Assembly (NCBI GenBank): GCA_007134675.1
Contig: SLKJ01000008.1
Span: 10,012 to 74,011, forward strand
DNA length: 64,000 nucleotides
Source: Bacteroidales bacterium
GTDB lineage: Bacteria; Bacteroidota; Bacteroidia; Bacteroidales; PUMT01
Direction: 5' to 3'
The position numbers and the translations under genes are program-made. Position 1 is the first letter of the stretch, and every line of letters starts with the position of its first letter. Positions 36,763-46,976 of this stretch are shown here, piece after piece. The notes under the pieces were generated by a model that was not told where the DNA came from, did no database searches, and saw nothing but the letters and a program-made list of their open reading frames with translations.

Positions 36763-37968
36763 TCACCTTGATAAAAATTTAATACAGACAGGGCTACTTA
36801 CTTCAAGGTTCGATCCTGTAAAATCCAGAAGGCCTGTTTTATTATCAATTTTAAAAACTGTAATATTTCCGGTGGTCTTGTTGGCGACAAAGATGAAATT
36901 GCCTGAAGGATCAATACTGAAATTGCGAGGCCTCTCACCTCTTACAGGTTCAAGTCCGATCATAACAGGCACACCTTCTGAATCCAGCTCAAAGATGGCG
37001 ATGCTGTTGTGCCCTCTGTTTGAAGCATAGAGAAACCTTCCTCCCGGATGAACATGTATGTCAGCACATAAATTTTCTTCTTCATAACCGACCGGCAGGG
37101 TTGAAGTTGATTCCATTACCTCGGCTTTACCTGAATCACTGTCGAAAAGCAGCCTGGTAACAGTTGAGTTGAGTTCGTTAAGAACATAAATCCAATTTCC
37201 GTTGGGGTGAAAGGCGATATGTCTGGGCCCTGCTCCCGGTTCCATAACTGCTGAAGGAGTTACAGAGCCGGGTACCAGGTTTCCCTCATTGTCAACTCTG
37301 TATATCAGAACTTTGTCTATACCCAGATCTGCTGCCATAACCCATGGCCCATCAATTACAGGATAGATTGAGTGGGCGTGGGGAGCTGTTTGTCTGCGTT
37401 CATGTGGTCCGCGCCCCTGATGCTGAACAAAACCGCTTGCCGGTTGAAGAGAACCATCTTCCTGAACCGGTAATACCGAAACACTTCCTCCCATATAGTT
37501 TGCAACCGCAACAAATTTGCCTTCAGCTATAATCGATATGTGGCAGGGGTTGCTGCCCCTGCTGGATTGCCTGTTTATGAAAGAGAGCTTTCCACTGGTT
37601 TCGTCAATTGCAAAGGCAGCAACAGACCCGGAGTTTTCATCATCGTATGATGCAGTTGTATTTACAGCAAATAAAAACCCGGCTTCGCTGTCGACAGCCA
37701 GGAAACTTGGATTGATTTGACCCGTCAGCTTTTGTATTTTATTGAATTCGCCGGTAAGTATTTCATATTCAAAAAGATGTATTCCCGGGTCATCTTCACC
37801 GGCAAAACTGCCTGTATAAAACATAAGGGTGTTCACTTCATCAATACTATCTTCTGCTGAATCATCCTGTCTGATTTCCCGGCAGGATACCTGGATAAAT
37901 AATGAGATAATTATGAGAATTACCGGATAGCCGGAATATTTGCAAATGGTTAAGTTTTTATCAGGCAT
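36763..37968 (-). CDS. Lactonase family protein (7-bladed beta-propeller, 6-phosphogluconolactonase-like)
   Basis: 401 aa with a signal peptide. The beta-propeller pattern includes NPSFLAV, GSNPCHI, APHAHSI, GAGPRHIAFHPNG, VLNELNSTV and RPRNFSIDPSGNF. Confidence 0.8.
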   Translation of the reverse strand: MPDKNLTICKYSGYPVILIIISLFIQVSCREIRQDDSAEDSIDEVNTLMFYTGSFAGEDDPGIHLFEYEILTGEFNKIQKLTGQINPSFLAVDSEAGFLFAVNTTASYDDENSGSVAAFAIDETSGKLSFINRQSSRGSNPCHISIIAEGKFVAVANYMGGSVSVLPVQEDGSLQPASGFVQHQGRGPHERRQTAPHAHSIYPVIDGPWVMAADLGIDKVLIYRVDNEGNLVPGSVTPSAVMEPGAGPRHIAFHPNGNWIYVLNELNSTVTRLLFDSDSGKAEVMESTSTLPVGYEEENLCADIHVHPGGRFLYASNRGHNSIAIFELDSEGVPVMIGLEPVRGERPRNFSIDPSGNFIFVANKTTGNITVFKIDNKTGLLDFTGSNLEVSSPVCIKFLSR

Positions 37969-38124
37969 ATTTATGGCGTTTAATTTGACAAACCAATATA
38001 CATCAAATTACCGGGAAATTCAAAATATGATCACAATCCGGACACGGTTAACATTTTTCAAGAAAACAATACCGGGTTTTACATTAACCGGCAAGCCTGA
38101 AAACAAATTATCTGCTTCCCGGTT

Positions 38125-38154
38125 TTTGAAAAAAATAAAAAAATGTTAATTTTG
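38125..38154 (+). promoter_or_regulatory. Candidate Bacteroidetes promoter for rpmH (-33 TTTG / -7 TAATTTTG)
   Basis: TTTG at 38125-38128 and TAATTTTG at 38147-38154 are separated by 18 nt. The predicted start is ~38161, about 60 nt upstream of the rpmH ATG. Confidence 0.4.
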
Positions 38155-38221
38155 CAGACCTGATAAAGATTGGGGGCATATTATCACCCTGATAACAATT
38201 TGTAAACTACACCTTATACAT

Positions 38222-38380
38222 ATGAAGAGGACATTTCAACCATCAAACAGGAGAAGAAAGAATAAGCATGGATTTCGTGAAAGGATGGCCACTCCCGGGG
38301 GGCGCAGAGTTCTGGCAGCAAGAAGAGCGAAGGGGCGTAAACGGTTATCCGTTTCAGATGAGGCAAGACATAAAGTCTGA
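38222..38380 (+). CDS. rpmH: 50S ribosomal protein L34
   Basis: Translated by hand, because it is below the ORF-track size cutoff: [52 protein letters not shown] (52 aa). MKRTFQPS...HGFR..M.T..GR.VL..RR.KGRK.L is the L34 signature. Confidence 0.95.
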   Translation: MKRTFQPSNRRRKNKHGFRERMATPGGRRVLAARRAKGRKRLSVSDEARHKV

Positions 38381-38431
38381 TCAGTCAGGTTTTTTGCAGC
38401 AGGTAACACTTTACTTCCCCCTGAATAAAAT

Positions 38432-38456
38432 GGACTGACCGCAACAGTCTTTTTTA
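38432..38456 (+). terminator. Weak bidirectional terminator hairpin between rpmH and pepD
   Basis: ggactg (38432-38437) pairs with cagtct (38445-38450) across a 7-nt loop, followed by a T-run. On the other strand it is followed by attttatt. Confidence 0.35.
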
Positions 38457-38469
38457 TTATAGAATCCAG

Positions 38470-39948
38470 CTATTTTTTAGATTGGGTGTTTTTAACCGGA
38501 ATGTTTTTAAGTGTTTCCACCAGCAGTAACCAGAATTTATGAACTGATTCAATATCGACCTTCTCATCCGGTGAATGAGGATTTCTTATGGTCGGCCCGA
38601 ACGAGATCATATCAAGCCGGGGATATACACCCCCAATAATCCCGCATTCCAGTCCGGCATGTATAGCCTTAACCTCCGGGGTCCTGCCAAATAATTCCCG
38701 ATATACCTCCTTCATCACGGCCAGAATTTCGGAATTCATATCCGGTTTCCAGCCCGGATAGGCTCCGTCAAAACGGATCTCTGCTCCCGCAAGGTTAAAG
38801 AGAGACTCCATCATTCCGGCAAGCTCATCTCTGGAGCTGTCGACCGAGCTGCGCAAAAGGCATTTAATCTCTATTTTACCCTTTTTGGACTTTATGCTGG
38901 CAAGATTTGTCGAGGTTTCAACCAGTCCCTGCATTGAGTTGCTCATTCGCATCACACCATTGGGGCATGCAATTATTCCGTTTATAAGCCTGTTTATTGT
39001 ACCCTGATCGATCAGGGAAGCGGGAGCCTCTGTTTCCTTATGATCAAACTTAATATCAGGCTCAACATCTGATAATTCGTTCTTGAATGTTGCCTCAAAT
39101 TTTTGAATACTGTTTTTCAGTTCGGTTTTTTTACCTGCAGGAATTACCAGAATGGCTTCAGCCTCCCTTGGAATCGCATTTCTTAGTCCGCCACCGTCTA
39201 TCATGGCAATCCCGGCACCCATATCTTTTACAGCGTGTTTGAGGAAACGGAATAGCAGCTTGTTAGCATTGGCACGTCCCAGCGCAATATCCAGTCCGCT
39301 ATGTCCTCCTTTTAATCCTGAAATCTTTATATGAAAAGACAGGCTGCCCTGAGGTACTGGAACCTCTTTGTAGTCTAACATTATATTGGCATCCTGTCCT
39401 CCGGCACATCCTACAAACAGTTCACCCTCATCTTCAGAATCCATGTTAAGCATGATATCTGCATCAAGAATTCCCTTTTTCAGTCCGAATGCCCCTGTCA
39501 TGCCACTCTCCTCGTCAATAGTAAACAAGGCCTCTAATGGACCGTGAATCAGGTCTTTTGAGTCCAGTACCGCAAGTGCAGCGGCAACTCCAATTCCGTT
39601 ATCTGCACCGAGTGTTGTTCCATCTGCGCAAACCCACCCTTCGTCAATATAAACTTTGAGAGGGTCATTTTCAAAATCATGCTGTTTGTGGCTGTTCTTC
39701 TGGGGCACCATGTCGAGATGCCCCTGAAGCAGCAGCACCTTACGGTTTTCCATTCCGGGAGTTGCAGGTTTCTTTATGATAACATTACCAACATCATCAA
39801 CCATTGTTTGTAGGTTACGGTCCTCACCAAATTTTCTTACATAGTCTGCAACTCTCCCCTCCTTTTTTGATGGTCTTGGTATTTGCGTCAGGTCGTAAAA
39901 AAAGTTCCATATCAATTCAGGATCTAGTTTTTTTATATCTTTTTCCAT
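38470..39948 (-). CDS. pepD: Aminoacyl-histidine dipeptidase (Xaa-His dipeptidase, peptidase M20C)
   Basis: 492 aa with LDPELIWNFFYDLTQIPRPSKKE, LQGHLDMVPQKN, GTTLGADNGIGVA, DEESGMTGA and a C-terminal HSPDEKVDI. Confidence 0.9.
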   Translation of the reverse strand: MEKDIKKLDPELIWNFFYDLTQIPRPSKKEGRVADYVRKFGEDRNLQTMVDDVGNVIIKKPATPGMENRKVLLLQGHLDMVPQKNSHKQHDFENDPLKVYIDEGWVCADGTTLGADNGIGVAAALAVLDSKDLIHGPLEALFTIDEESGMTGAFGLKKGILDADIMLNMDSEDEGELFVGCAGGQDANIMLDYKEVPVPQGSLSFHIKISGLKGGHSGLDIALGRANANKLLFRFLKHAVKDMGAGIAMIDGGGLRNAIPREAEAILVIPAGKKTELKNSIQKFEATFKNELSDVEPDIKFDHKETEAPASLIDQGTINRLINGIIACPNGVMRMSNSMQGLVETSTNLASIKSKKGKIEIKCLLRSSVDSSRDELAGMMESLFNLAGAEIRFDGAYPGWKPDMNSEILAVMKEVYRELFGRTPEVKAIHAGLECGIIGGVYPRLDMISFGPTIRNPHSPDEKVDIESVHKFWLLLVETLKNIPVKNTQSKK

Positions 39949-40070
39949 TTTTGCTTGATTCTTTTAAGTTACTGTTTAAAAGACGAAAATGATCCGGGTT
40001 TTTAAGCAGGCCGGCATGATTTCCGGAATTGAACATTTGTCTGGTTATGATTATGGCTGCCTTGCCAGCG

Positions 40071-41654
40071 TCAGGGACTGTAATAGAGAGGCCCTTCAAT
40101 ACCAAGCGGCAGTCCGAGCCACATCCATATCAGCAACATTGGTATCCTGATTACCATAAATGCAATAGCATATGGAAGCATCATCGAAATCAGGGTGCCT
40201 ATGCCGACATTCCTCACATATTTCTGAGCGAACACTATGACAATCGGGAAATATGGTAAAAGAGGGGTGAGAATATTTGAATATGAATCACCTATGCGAT
40301 AGGCTGCCTGAGTAAGTTCGGGTGAGTATCCCATAAGCATGAGCATCGGCACAAATATCGGGGCCAGTATTGCCCATTTGGCTGAAGCACTGCCCATAAC
40401 AAGGTTTACCAGTGAGGAAACAATAATAAATGCCACGATAAGGGGGCCACCTGTAAATCCAATTGCATTTAATCCGTCAGAACCCTTAACGGCAAGAACA
40501 CTTCCAAGGTTTGACCAGTTAAAGTAGGCAACAAACTGCGCTGCCACGAAGGCGATTACAATATAAAGTCCCATTGTTGCCATTGCTTTGGCGGTCATAT
40601 CCGAAACATCCTTGTCATTTTTTATGGTACCGGCTACAATCCCATAAACCAGTCCGCCGACAAAAAACACAATAAACATTATTGGAACAATTGAATCATA
40701 GAAGGGTCTCATAGTTCTTTTGCCCAGATCCGGGTCATAATCCCCTCTGAGCAGTCCGTCAGCAGGAATAGTTGCCATTGCAACCAGTCCCAGAATTACC
40801 AGAATTGAAAAAAGAGACCATTTGAGAGCTTTGCGCTCACGTACTGTTATTTCGTTGGCCTCCTCTGTAACAACCCCATCATCAGGGCTATACGACCCAA
40901 GTCTGGGCACCAGGATCCTTTCTGTGATCCATGTACCTGCAATTCCAATCAGGGGAACTGAGGCTGCCATCAGGTAATAATTGGAAAGGGGGTTTACCGT
41001 ATAATTCGGGTCTATTATCTGTGCGGCTGGTTCGGTAAATGCAGCTATCATAGGATCCAGTCCTGTAGGCAGAAAATTTGCACCAAATCCACCCGACACA
41101 CCTGCAAAGGCTGCTGCAATACCTGCCAGTGGGTGCCGTCCCATACTCAGGAATATGACTCCTCCAAGAGGAATAAGCACCACATATCCTGCATCTGCAG
41201 CTACTGAGCTTATCATTCCGGCAACAACAATTGAGAAAGTTATAAGGAATTTGGGTACTTTAGATACAAAAAGTCTTAGAGCTACTGCTATCATTCCGCT
41301 GTGTTCAGCAACGCCAATACCCAGCATTACCACCAGTACAAGTCCCAGTGGCGGAAATTGTGCGAAAGTATCAACCATTTCAGTAAAGATCCGCTGAACA
41401 CCATCTCTTGACAAAAGGTTTATAACACTGATGGTCTCAAGAGGTTTGCCGTCTCTGTCAACCAGACCGGCTTCCTTTCCTGGATGATCTACGGTCACAC
41501 CTCCGAATATCCATGATAACAGCAGGACGAGTACCATAAGGATTGCAAAAAGTGTAACCGGCTGAGGCAGCTTATTTCCGATTACTTCAATTTTATCAAG
41601 AGCTCTTTCAAAAAAGCCTTTTTTCGCTTTATTTTCTGTACCAGTTTTATTCAT
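40071..41654 (-). CDS. AbgT family transporter (copy 1)
   Basis: 527 aa and polytopic. The N-terminus FERALDKIEVIGNKLPQPVTLFAIL and the motifs GVSGGFGANFLPTGLDP and RIGDSYSNILTP are typical of the AbgT/MtrF/YdaH family. Confidence 0.85.
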   Translation of the reverse strand: MNKTGTENKAKKGFFERALDKIEVIGNKLPQPVTLFAILMVLVLLLSWIFGGVTVDHPGKEAGLVDRDGKPLETISVINLLSRDGVQRIFTEMVDTFAQFPPLGLVLVVMLGIGVAEHSGMIAVALRLFVSKVPKFLITFSIVVAGMISSVAADAGYVVLIPLGGVIFLSMGRHPLAGIAAAFAGVSGGFGANFLPTGLDPMIAAFTEPAAQIIDPNYTVNPLSNYYLMAASVPLIGIAGTWITERILVPRLGSYSPDDGVVTEEANEITVRERKALKWSLFSILVILGLVAMATIPADGLLRGDYDPDLGKRTMRPFYDSIVPIMFIVFFVGGLVYGIVAGTIKNDKDVSDMTAKAMATMGLYIVIAFVAAQFVAYFNWSNLGSVLAVKGSDGLNAIGFTGGPLIVAFIIVSSLVNLVMGSASAKWAILAPIFVPMLMLMGYSPELTQAAYRIGDSYSNILTPLLPYFPIVIVFAQKYVRNVGIGTLISMMLPYAIAFMVIRIPMLLIWMWLGLPLGIEGPLYYSP

Positions 41655-41950
41655 ATTTTTCGGATATGGTTAATCTTGGTTCATTTATACCGGAATTCGC
41701 AACATCTGGAGATCCGGAGAATTAAAAACGTAAATGTAAAAAAAAAATAACCTTACTATGCATATGTTCGTGAACATTATGGCCAATTTGTTTGTCTTTC
41801 GGGGGATGTGAATTTCAGGATACATTGATTAATGTTAAATAAATATAATAATGGATATATGTTTCCTTCATAATATTATTTTTGTATGCAGTTCGTTTTA
41901 ATAAACAATATTTCATATTTTAATTTTAGTAGCAACAAACAGAGGATTCC

Positions 41951-42475
41951 ATGAAGAGATATGTGATTGTTATAATAGCGCTGGGAATGCTTTCCTGGAT
42001 GAATGTAAGCCAAAATGAAAGGATAAAATGGTACACTTTTGAAGAAGCTGTTGAACTTGCTGCCAATAATCCCCGTAAGATTCTGATAGATATTTATACT
42101 GACTGGTGTGGTTTCTGCAAACGCATGGAAGCTGAAACTTTTAAAAATCCGCAGGTTGCGAGGTATATTAACCGGAACTACTATCCAGTCAAGTTAAATT
42201 CAGAAACCAGGGATACAATTTATTTCCAGGGGCACAAGTTTGTCAATGAGGGAGAAGGAAGGCGGTCGGCACATCAGTTGTCAATAGCACTTTTGCAAGG
42301 GCAAATGTCTTATCCTTCAGTTGTTTATTTGAATGAGAATTTTGAGCTTCTGACCTCGGTTCCAGGTTTCATGACTCCTGAGAGCATTGAGCCTATACTC
42401 AGATATTTTGCAGAGGACCATTATCTGACCCTGTCATGGGAAGATTACAAGTCCGGGTTCAAAGGGAGCTTTTAA
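41951..42475 (+). CDS. Periplasmic thioredoxin-fold protein (CxxC = CGFC)
   Basis: 174 aa with a signal peptide. ILIDIYTDWCGFCKRMEAETF matches the thioredoxin_7 / DUF255-like pattern. Confidence 0.75.
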   Translation: MKRYVIVIIALGMLSWMNVSQNERIKWYTFEEAVELAANNPRKILIDIYTDWCGFCKRMEAETFKNPQVARYINRNYYPVKLNSETRDTIYFQGHKFVNEGEGRRSAHQLSIALLQGQMSYPSVVYLNENFELLTSVPGFMTPESIEPILRYFAEDHYLTLSWEDYKSGFKGSF

Positions 42476-42491
42476 ATTTTAAAGGAATATC

Positions 42492-43616
42492 CTATTCCCA
42501 CAGGAAATCTGCCGGAAGATTAACTACCATCCCATACTGGTTAACTGGTATTCGCCTTGAGTATATTGTTCTGTTTTCGTTTTTCAGCTCCACCCTTGCA
42601 ACGTCTGGTATCCTGTAAAATAATGTGCCGGGATCTGTCCGGCCTGATGCCGGTGTCCTTGAAATATTTTCCAGACTCTTTGTCTTCATTTCATTGTGCA
42701 GTTCGAGAGTAATTGGTCTGCCGCTTACATTATTTGGTTCCAGTATACCTTCAGAACCTGAAAACCGGAACAGGATAGCATATTCAGTACCGTTCTCTAC
42801 CATACTTATATCAGGTGTATATTCAAACGTGAATTCATGATGTATCTCAAATACTTTCCCGGTGAACAGGCTAAGATACTCTTTTTCAAGCCGGGCAAAT
42901 TCATTTACAATTACATCCAGTGCTTTACCATCAGGAAACAGATCAAGTTCTCCCGAGAGAAGGTTAAACCTGTTACTTCTCAATTCAAAAATCAGATCTG
43001 CAACCTCTGCGGCTTTCGCTTCAATACTTTTGGTAACTGACTGCCTCTGGATTACAGGGATATTGACAAATGCTGTATCCTGTCTTACCATGCGCATTAC
43101 CGTTCGTGTTTCCTCAACAACCCTTGGATGAATTGACATATCCGTGAAAAGGGGCACTTTGATCTCTTCAGTGCCTGGAGTTGTTATCCCGGCCACCTCG
43201 GGTAAAGGCCGCTGATTAACAGGGAGAATGAATCCTTCCGAATTCAGTCTGAAGTAATTTGTAACGTGCCTGTTATTGGTTGCCAGTATATAATAATGGT
43301 CAGGATCGGCTTCCTCATAGCTATCTATTGAAACATTGTTTATCCTCCATCTGGTCTCATCCATGTCCGGCACATCTGAGATACCGAGATATCTTTCAGC
43401 GTATTGATAATAGGGTCCTCTGCGTGTAATAATCCTGGAAGCTTCAACAGATATCTTCAGGGTGGTTTTTGGCAGAGAGTAAGCCAATGTGTATTTATCA
43501 GGATGTGAGGCATCTGAAACATGCTCTGATGAGGTTCTGTGATCTATTTTCCTTGATCCGGCACAGCCCCAGGTGATGTATGCCATGATAATCAAAACGG
43601 CAAATAAGTATTTCAT
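42492..43616 (-). CDS. Hypothetical lipoprotein
   Basis: 374 aa with a lipoprotein signal (IMAYITWGCAGS). No catalytic motif recognised. It possibly belongs to a Bacteroidetes-specific DUF family, but I cannot verify this. Confidence 0.6.
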   Translation of the reverse strand: MKYLFAVLIIMAYITWGCAGSRKIDHRTSSEHVSDASHPDKYTLAYSLPKTTLKISVEASRIITRRGPYYQYAERYLGISDVPDMDETRWRINNVSIDSYEEADPDHYYILATNNRHVTNYFRLNSEGFILPVNQRPLPEVAGITTPGTEEIKVPLFTDMSIHPRVVEETRTVMRMVRQDTAFVNIPVIQRQSVTKSIEAKAAEVADLIFELRSNRFNLLSGELDLFPDGKALDVIVNEFARLEKEYLSLFTGKVFEIHHEFTFEYTPDISMVENGTEYAILFRFSGSEGILEPNNVSGRPITLELHNEMKTKSLENISRTPASGRTDPGTLFYRIPDVARVELKNENRTIYSRRIPVNQYGMVVNLPADFLWE

Positions 43617-43619
43617 GAT

Positions 43620-45128
43620 TCAAGGGTTTAATTGTTTAAATGCTTTGCCCAGACTGGTGATAATATCTCCCGCTATCATTGCTTCGGCGGAGTAATCCAA
43701 ACTTGCAAAATCCCCTGCCAATCCGTGCAGATATGTTCCCGCAATTGCAGCTTCAGAAGGTTCGTACCCCTGGCCCAGCAAAGATAAAAGAATTCCTGTT
43801 AAAACATCTCCTGAACCTGCTGTTGCCATACCTGGATTTCCACTTCCATTGAAATAGCAGTATCCTTCAGGGGTGACAACAGATGTGCAGGCACCTTTCA
43901 GTACAATAACAATTTTATGCTGTTTGGCCATTTCCATCTGGCTGATTAAACGGTCATGACTGTTTTTATGTTGCCCTGAAAGCCGGTCAAACTCTCCGGG
44001 ATGAGGAGTAATAATGGAATTTTTCGGGATCAGTGCGATCCATTCCCTGTTCATCGAAATAATATTTAACGCATCAGCATCAAGGACAAGTGGTACCCTG
44101 ACCTCCGAAAGCAAATTATAAATGGCTTTCTTACTGGGTGTACTGGTGCCTGTAGCCGGTCCTGCAGCAATTGCATCATATTGATCCAGATCGGGAACAG
44201 AGGTGAAACAGATATCCGATTCATCAATACTTACCATTGCTTCTGGTATGGATGTCTGTACTGTTTCGCAGCCCTTGACCGGCACATGAACGGTAACCAG
44301 TCCTGCTCCGGAGCGGAGACAGGAGGAGGCTGCCAGTACAGCAGCACCCATTTTACCGTAACTTCCGGAGATAAGCAGGCAGTGACCGAAATTACCTTTA
44401 TGGGCAAACCTGCTCCTTTTTTTTAGCATAGGCCCTGCAAGATCCCTGTCAGTGAAGTGCCACGGTGTATCCAAACCATCGGTGAATTCCCTGTGGAGCC
44501 CGATAGGAAGCACCTCCCACTTGCCGGTATATTTGTCATTTTCGGCAAACATGAAAGCCAGTTTGGGAAACTGGAATGACAGGGTATGCCAGGCCTTGAT
44601 TACGCTTTTGCCCTGATTATTTCTGTTATCGTCGCCAAAAAGACCGGAGGGTATATCAACAGCAACTATTTTCGCACCGGAATTATTCAAATGGTTTATA
44701 AGTTCTGCCGCCACTCCGGTTAACGGCCTGTTCAGGCCGGTGCCGAAAAGGGCGTCAACAATAATATCGTCCGGGCCGGCCTTTGGGAAATCATCAGCTG
44801 AGGCAATAACATGGGGATCAATATTCATTGCCCTGAGCCGCTCCAGATTAATGGATGTGTCTGAGGAATATCCTGTTCCTGATGTCAAAAGGTATATCCG
44901 GGGTCTGAATCCTTTTTCAGTCAGCAGTCGCCCCAGTGCCAGTCCGTCACCGCCATTGTTGCCCGGTCCCGCAACGATCCTGAGTTTTATCTCAAATGAA
45001 AAGTTATCAGTAAACCAGCCGGCAATTGCCCTGGCAGCCCTCTCCATAAGATCCACTGAGGAGACGGGTTCATTCTTTATTGTATATGCATCTGCTTCCC
45101 TTATCTGATAAGTTGTGAGAATTTTCAT
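43620..45128 (-). CDS. nnr: Bifunctional NAD(P)H-hydrate repair enzyme (epimerase / ADP-dependent dehydratase)
   Basis: 502 aa. The N-terminal YjeF_N part has GPGNNGGDGLALGRLL and ALFGTGLNRP. The C-terminal carbohydrate-kinase part has HKGNFGHCLLISGS, TPHPGEF, LKGACT, GNPGMATAGSGDVLTG and YLHGLAGD. Confidence 0.9.
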   Translation of the reverse strand: MKILTTYQIREADAYTIKNEPVSSVDLMERAARAIAGWFTDNFSFEIKLRIVAGPGNNGGDGLALGRLLTEKGFRPRIYLLTSGTGYSSDTSINLERLRAMNIDPHVIASADDFPKAGPDDIIVDALFGTGLNRPLTGVAAELINHLNNSGAKIVAVDIPSGLFGDDNRNNQGKSVIKAWHTLSFQFPKLAFMFAENDKYTGKWEVLPIGLHREFTDGLDTPWHFTDRDLAGPMLKKRSRFAHKGNFGHCLLISGSYGKMGAAVLAASSCLRSGAGLVTVHVPVKGCETVQTSIPEAMVSIDESDICFTSVPDLDQYDAIAAGPATGTSTPSKKAIYNLLSEVRVPLVLDADALNIISMNREWIALIPKNSIITPHPGEFDRLSGQHKNSHDRLISQMEMAKQHKIVIVLKGACTSVVTPEGYCYFNGSGNPGMATAGSGDVLTGILLSLLGQGYEPSEAAIAGTYLHGLAGDFASLDYSAEAMIAGDIITSLGKAFKQLNP

Positions 45129-45378
45129 CCCTTGTAGATGTTATTTTATGAAAATATTGAAAAAACAATGATAAAGGGTTCATCTCTTTTTGTGGTACAC
45201 AGAATTTTGGGGATTCATGCGTACAAATAAAACTTTTCCCTGTCAGTCACGACCTATAACCCTCCCTTTAAGCCCTCTAAATTAATTAAGATCATTATTT
45301 TTTAATTGGTATAGTTAGTAATAAATACTAAAATTGTACCAATTTTATTTAAATTATTTTAACCAAAGCAGGCAGAAT

Positions 45379-46941
45379 ATGACGTCCAGCCAAAAAGCAG
45401 AACCTGGATTAATAGCCAGAATGCTTGGAACTATTGAGAGAGTTGGCAATAAACTTCCACATCCCGCAACTTTGTTTGCAATTTTTGCCGGAGGCACCAT
45501 TTTATTGTCCGGGGTTGCAGGTCTCTTTCAGGTTTCTGTCATACACCCGGGAACCAATGAAGTGATAGAACCATACAGCCTCCTGTCGATTAGCGGACTA
45601 CATATGATCCTGACAAATATGGTTGTTAACTTTACTTCATTTGCCCCACTTGGAACGGTGCTGGTTGCCCTTTTGGGAATTGGTGTTATGGAGTCCAGCG
45701 GATTTATGTCCACGGCTCTGCGTAAACTGGTACTTTCAGCACCAAGGCAGCTGCTTACTTTTGCTATTGTTTTCGCCGGTATTTTATCCAATACAGCAAG
45801 TGAGGTAGGATATGTAGTACTTGTTCCACTGGGAGCTATGATCTTCCTTGCAGTAGGCAGGAATCCCATTGCCGGACTTGCTGCAGCTTTTGCCGGGGTT
45901 TCAGGAGGCTACAGTGCAAATTTATTGTTGGGGACAATTGATCCTCTCCTTGCCGGCCTTTCTGAGGAAGCGGCACATATTATCGACCAGACTTATGAAG
46001 TAAACCCTGCGGCAAACTACTATTTCATGTTCGTATCCACTTTTTTCATAGCAGCAGTTGGTACATGGGTTACCGAAAAGATTGTTGTTCCAAGGTTAGG
46101 TCCTTACGAAGGTGATGCAAAACCTGAGAAGTTGGAAGACATTACCGATAATGAAAAACGGGGGTTGAAGTATGCCGGTTATACATTTTATCTGGTTGTT
46201 ATCCTGTTGTTATGGGCTACCATACCTGTTAGCGGAGGGATATGGGATTGGGTTCCGGGTAGTGGATTCCTGCGCGATCCTGCTACTGGAGATCTCCTGC
46301 GCTCTCCATTCATGTCCGGTATTGTTGCTATGATCTTTATAATTGCAGCGGTTATCGGTATTGCATACGGGGTGGGGGCCGGTACTCTTAAGAGCAACAC
46401 TGACGTGATAAACGGGATGGGCAAGTCAATGTCTGCTCTGGGGACATACATTGTGCTGGTATTTTTTGCAGCTCAGTTCGTTGCATATTTTAACTGGACA
46501 AATCTGGGATTGATTTTTGCGATCAAGGGAGCTGAGGGCATCAGCGCAATTGGCCTTGGAAGAATTCCACTTATGATAAGCTTGGTTCTGATATCTGCTC
46601 TGATCAACCTTGTAATCGGAAGCGCATCTGCTAAATGGGCCATTATGGCGCCCGTTTTCGTACCGATGTTCATGCTTCTGGGATACTCTCCCGAGTTTAC
46701 CCAGCTGGCCTACAGGGTTGGAGACAGCGTTACTAACATAATAGCTCCAATGATGTCATATTTTGCTCTTATAGTGGCATTTATGGAGAAATATGATAAA
46801 AGGGCAGGCATCGGTACCATAATAGCAACAATGTTGCCCTATTCAGTGGTGTTTCTGTTGTTCTGGCTGCTGCTTCTGATAGTTTGGGTACTTACCGGAT
46901 TACCCATCGGTCCCGGTGCAGAACTGTTTTACTCTATTTAA
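45379..46941 (+). CDS. AbgT family transporter (copy 2)
   Basis: The ATG at 45379 gives [36 protein letters not shown]. It has the same family motifs as copy 1 ([29 protein letters not shown]). The longest ORF starts at a TTG at 45334. Confidence 0.85.
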   Translation: MTSSQKAEPGLIARMLGTIERVGNKLPHPATLFAIFAGGTILLSGVAGLFQVSVIHPGTNEVIEPYSLLSISGLHMILTNMVVNFTSFAPLGTVLVALLGIGVMESSGFMSTALRKLVLSAPRQLLTFAIVFAGILSNTASEVGYVVLVPLGAMIFLAVGRNPIAGLAAAFAGVSGGYSANLLLGTIDPLLAGLSEEAAHIIDQTYEVNPAANYYFMFVSTFFIAAVGTWVTEKIVVPRLGPYEGDAKPEKLEDITDNEKRGLKYAGYTFYLVVILLLWATIPVSGGIWDWVPGSGFLRDPATGDLLRSPFMSGIVAMIFIIAAVIGIAYGVGAGTLKSNTDVINGMGKSMSALGTYIVLVFFAAQFVAYFNWTNLGLIFAIKGAEGISAIGLGRIPLMISLVLISALINLVIGSASAKWAIMAPVFVPMFMLLGYSPEFTQLAYRVGDSVTNIIAPMMSYFALIVAFMEKYDKRAGIGTIIATMLPYSVVFLLFWLLLLIVWVLTGLPIGPGAELFYSI

Positions 46942-46976
46942 ATCTAATACCGTAAAATCTGAAAATTTAAAATAAA

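Noticed and set aside
45304-45344. 8-bp inverted repeat AATTGGTA ... TACCAATT with a 25-nt spacer, just upstream of AbgT copy 2.
   Set aside because: The spacer is long, the context is AT-rich, and the motif has no counterpart upstream of AbgT copy 1. There is too little support to call a regulatory site.
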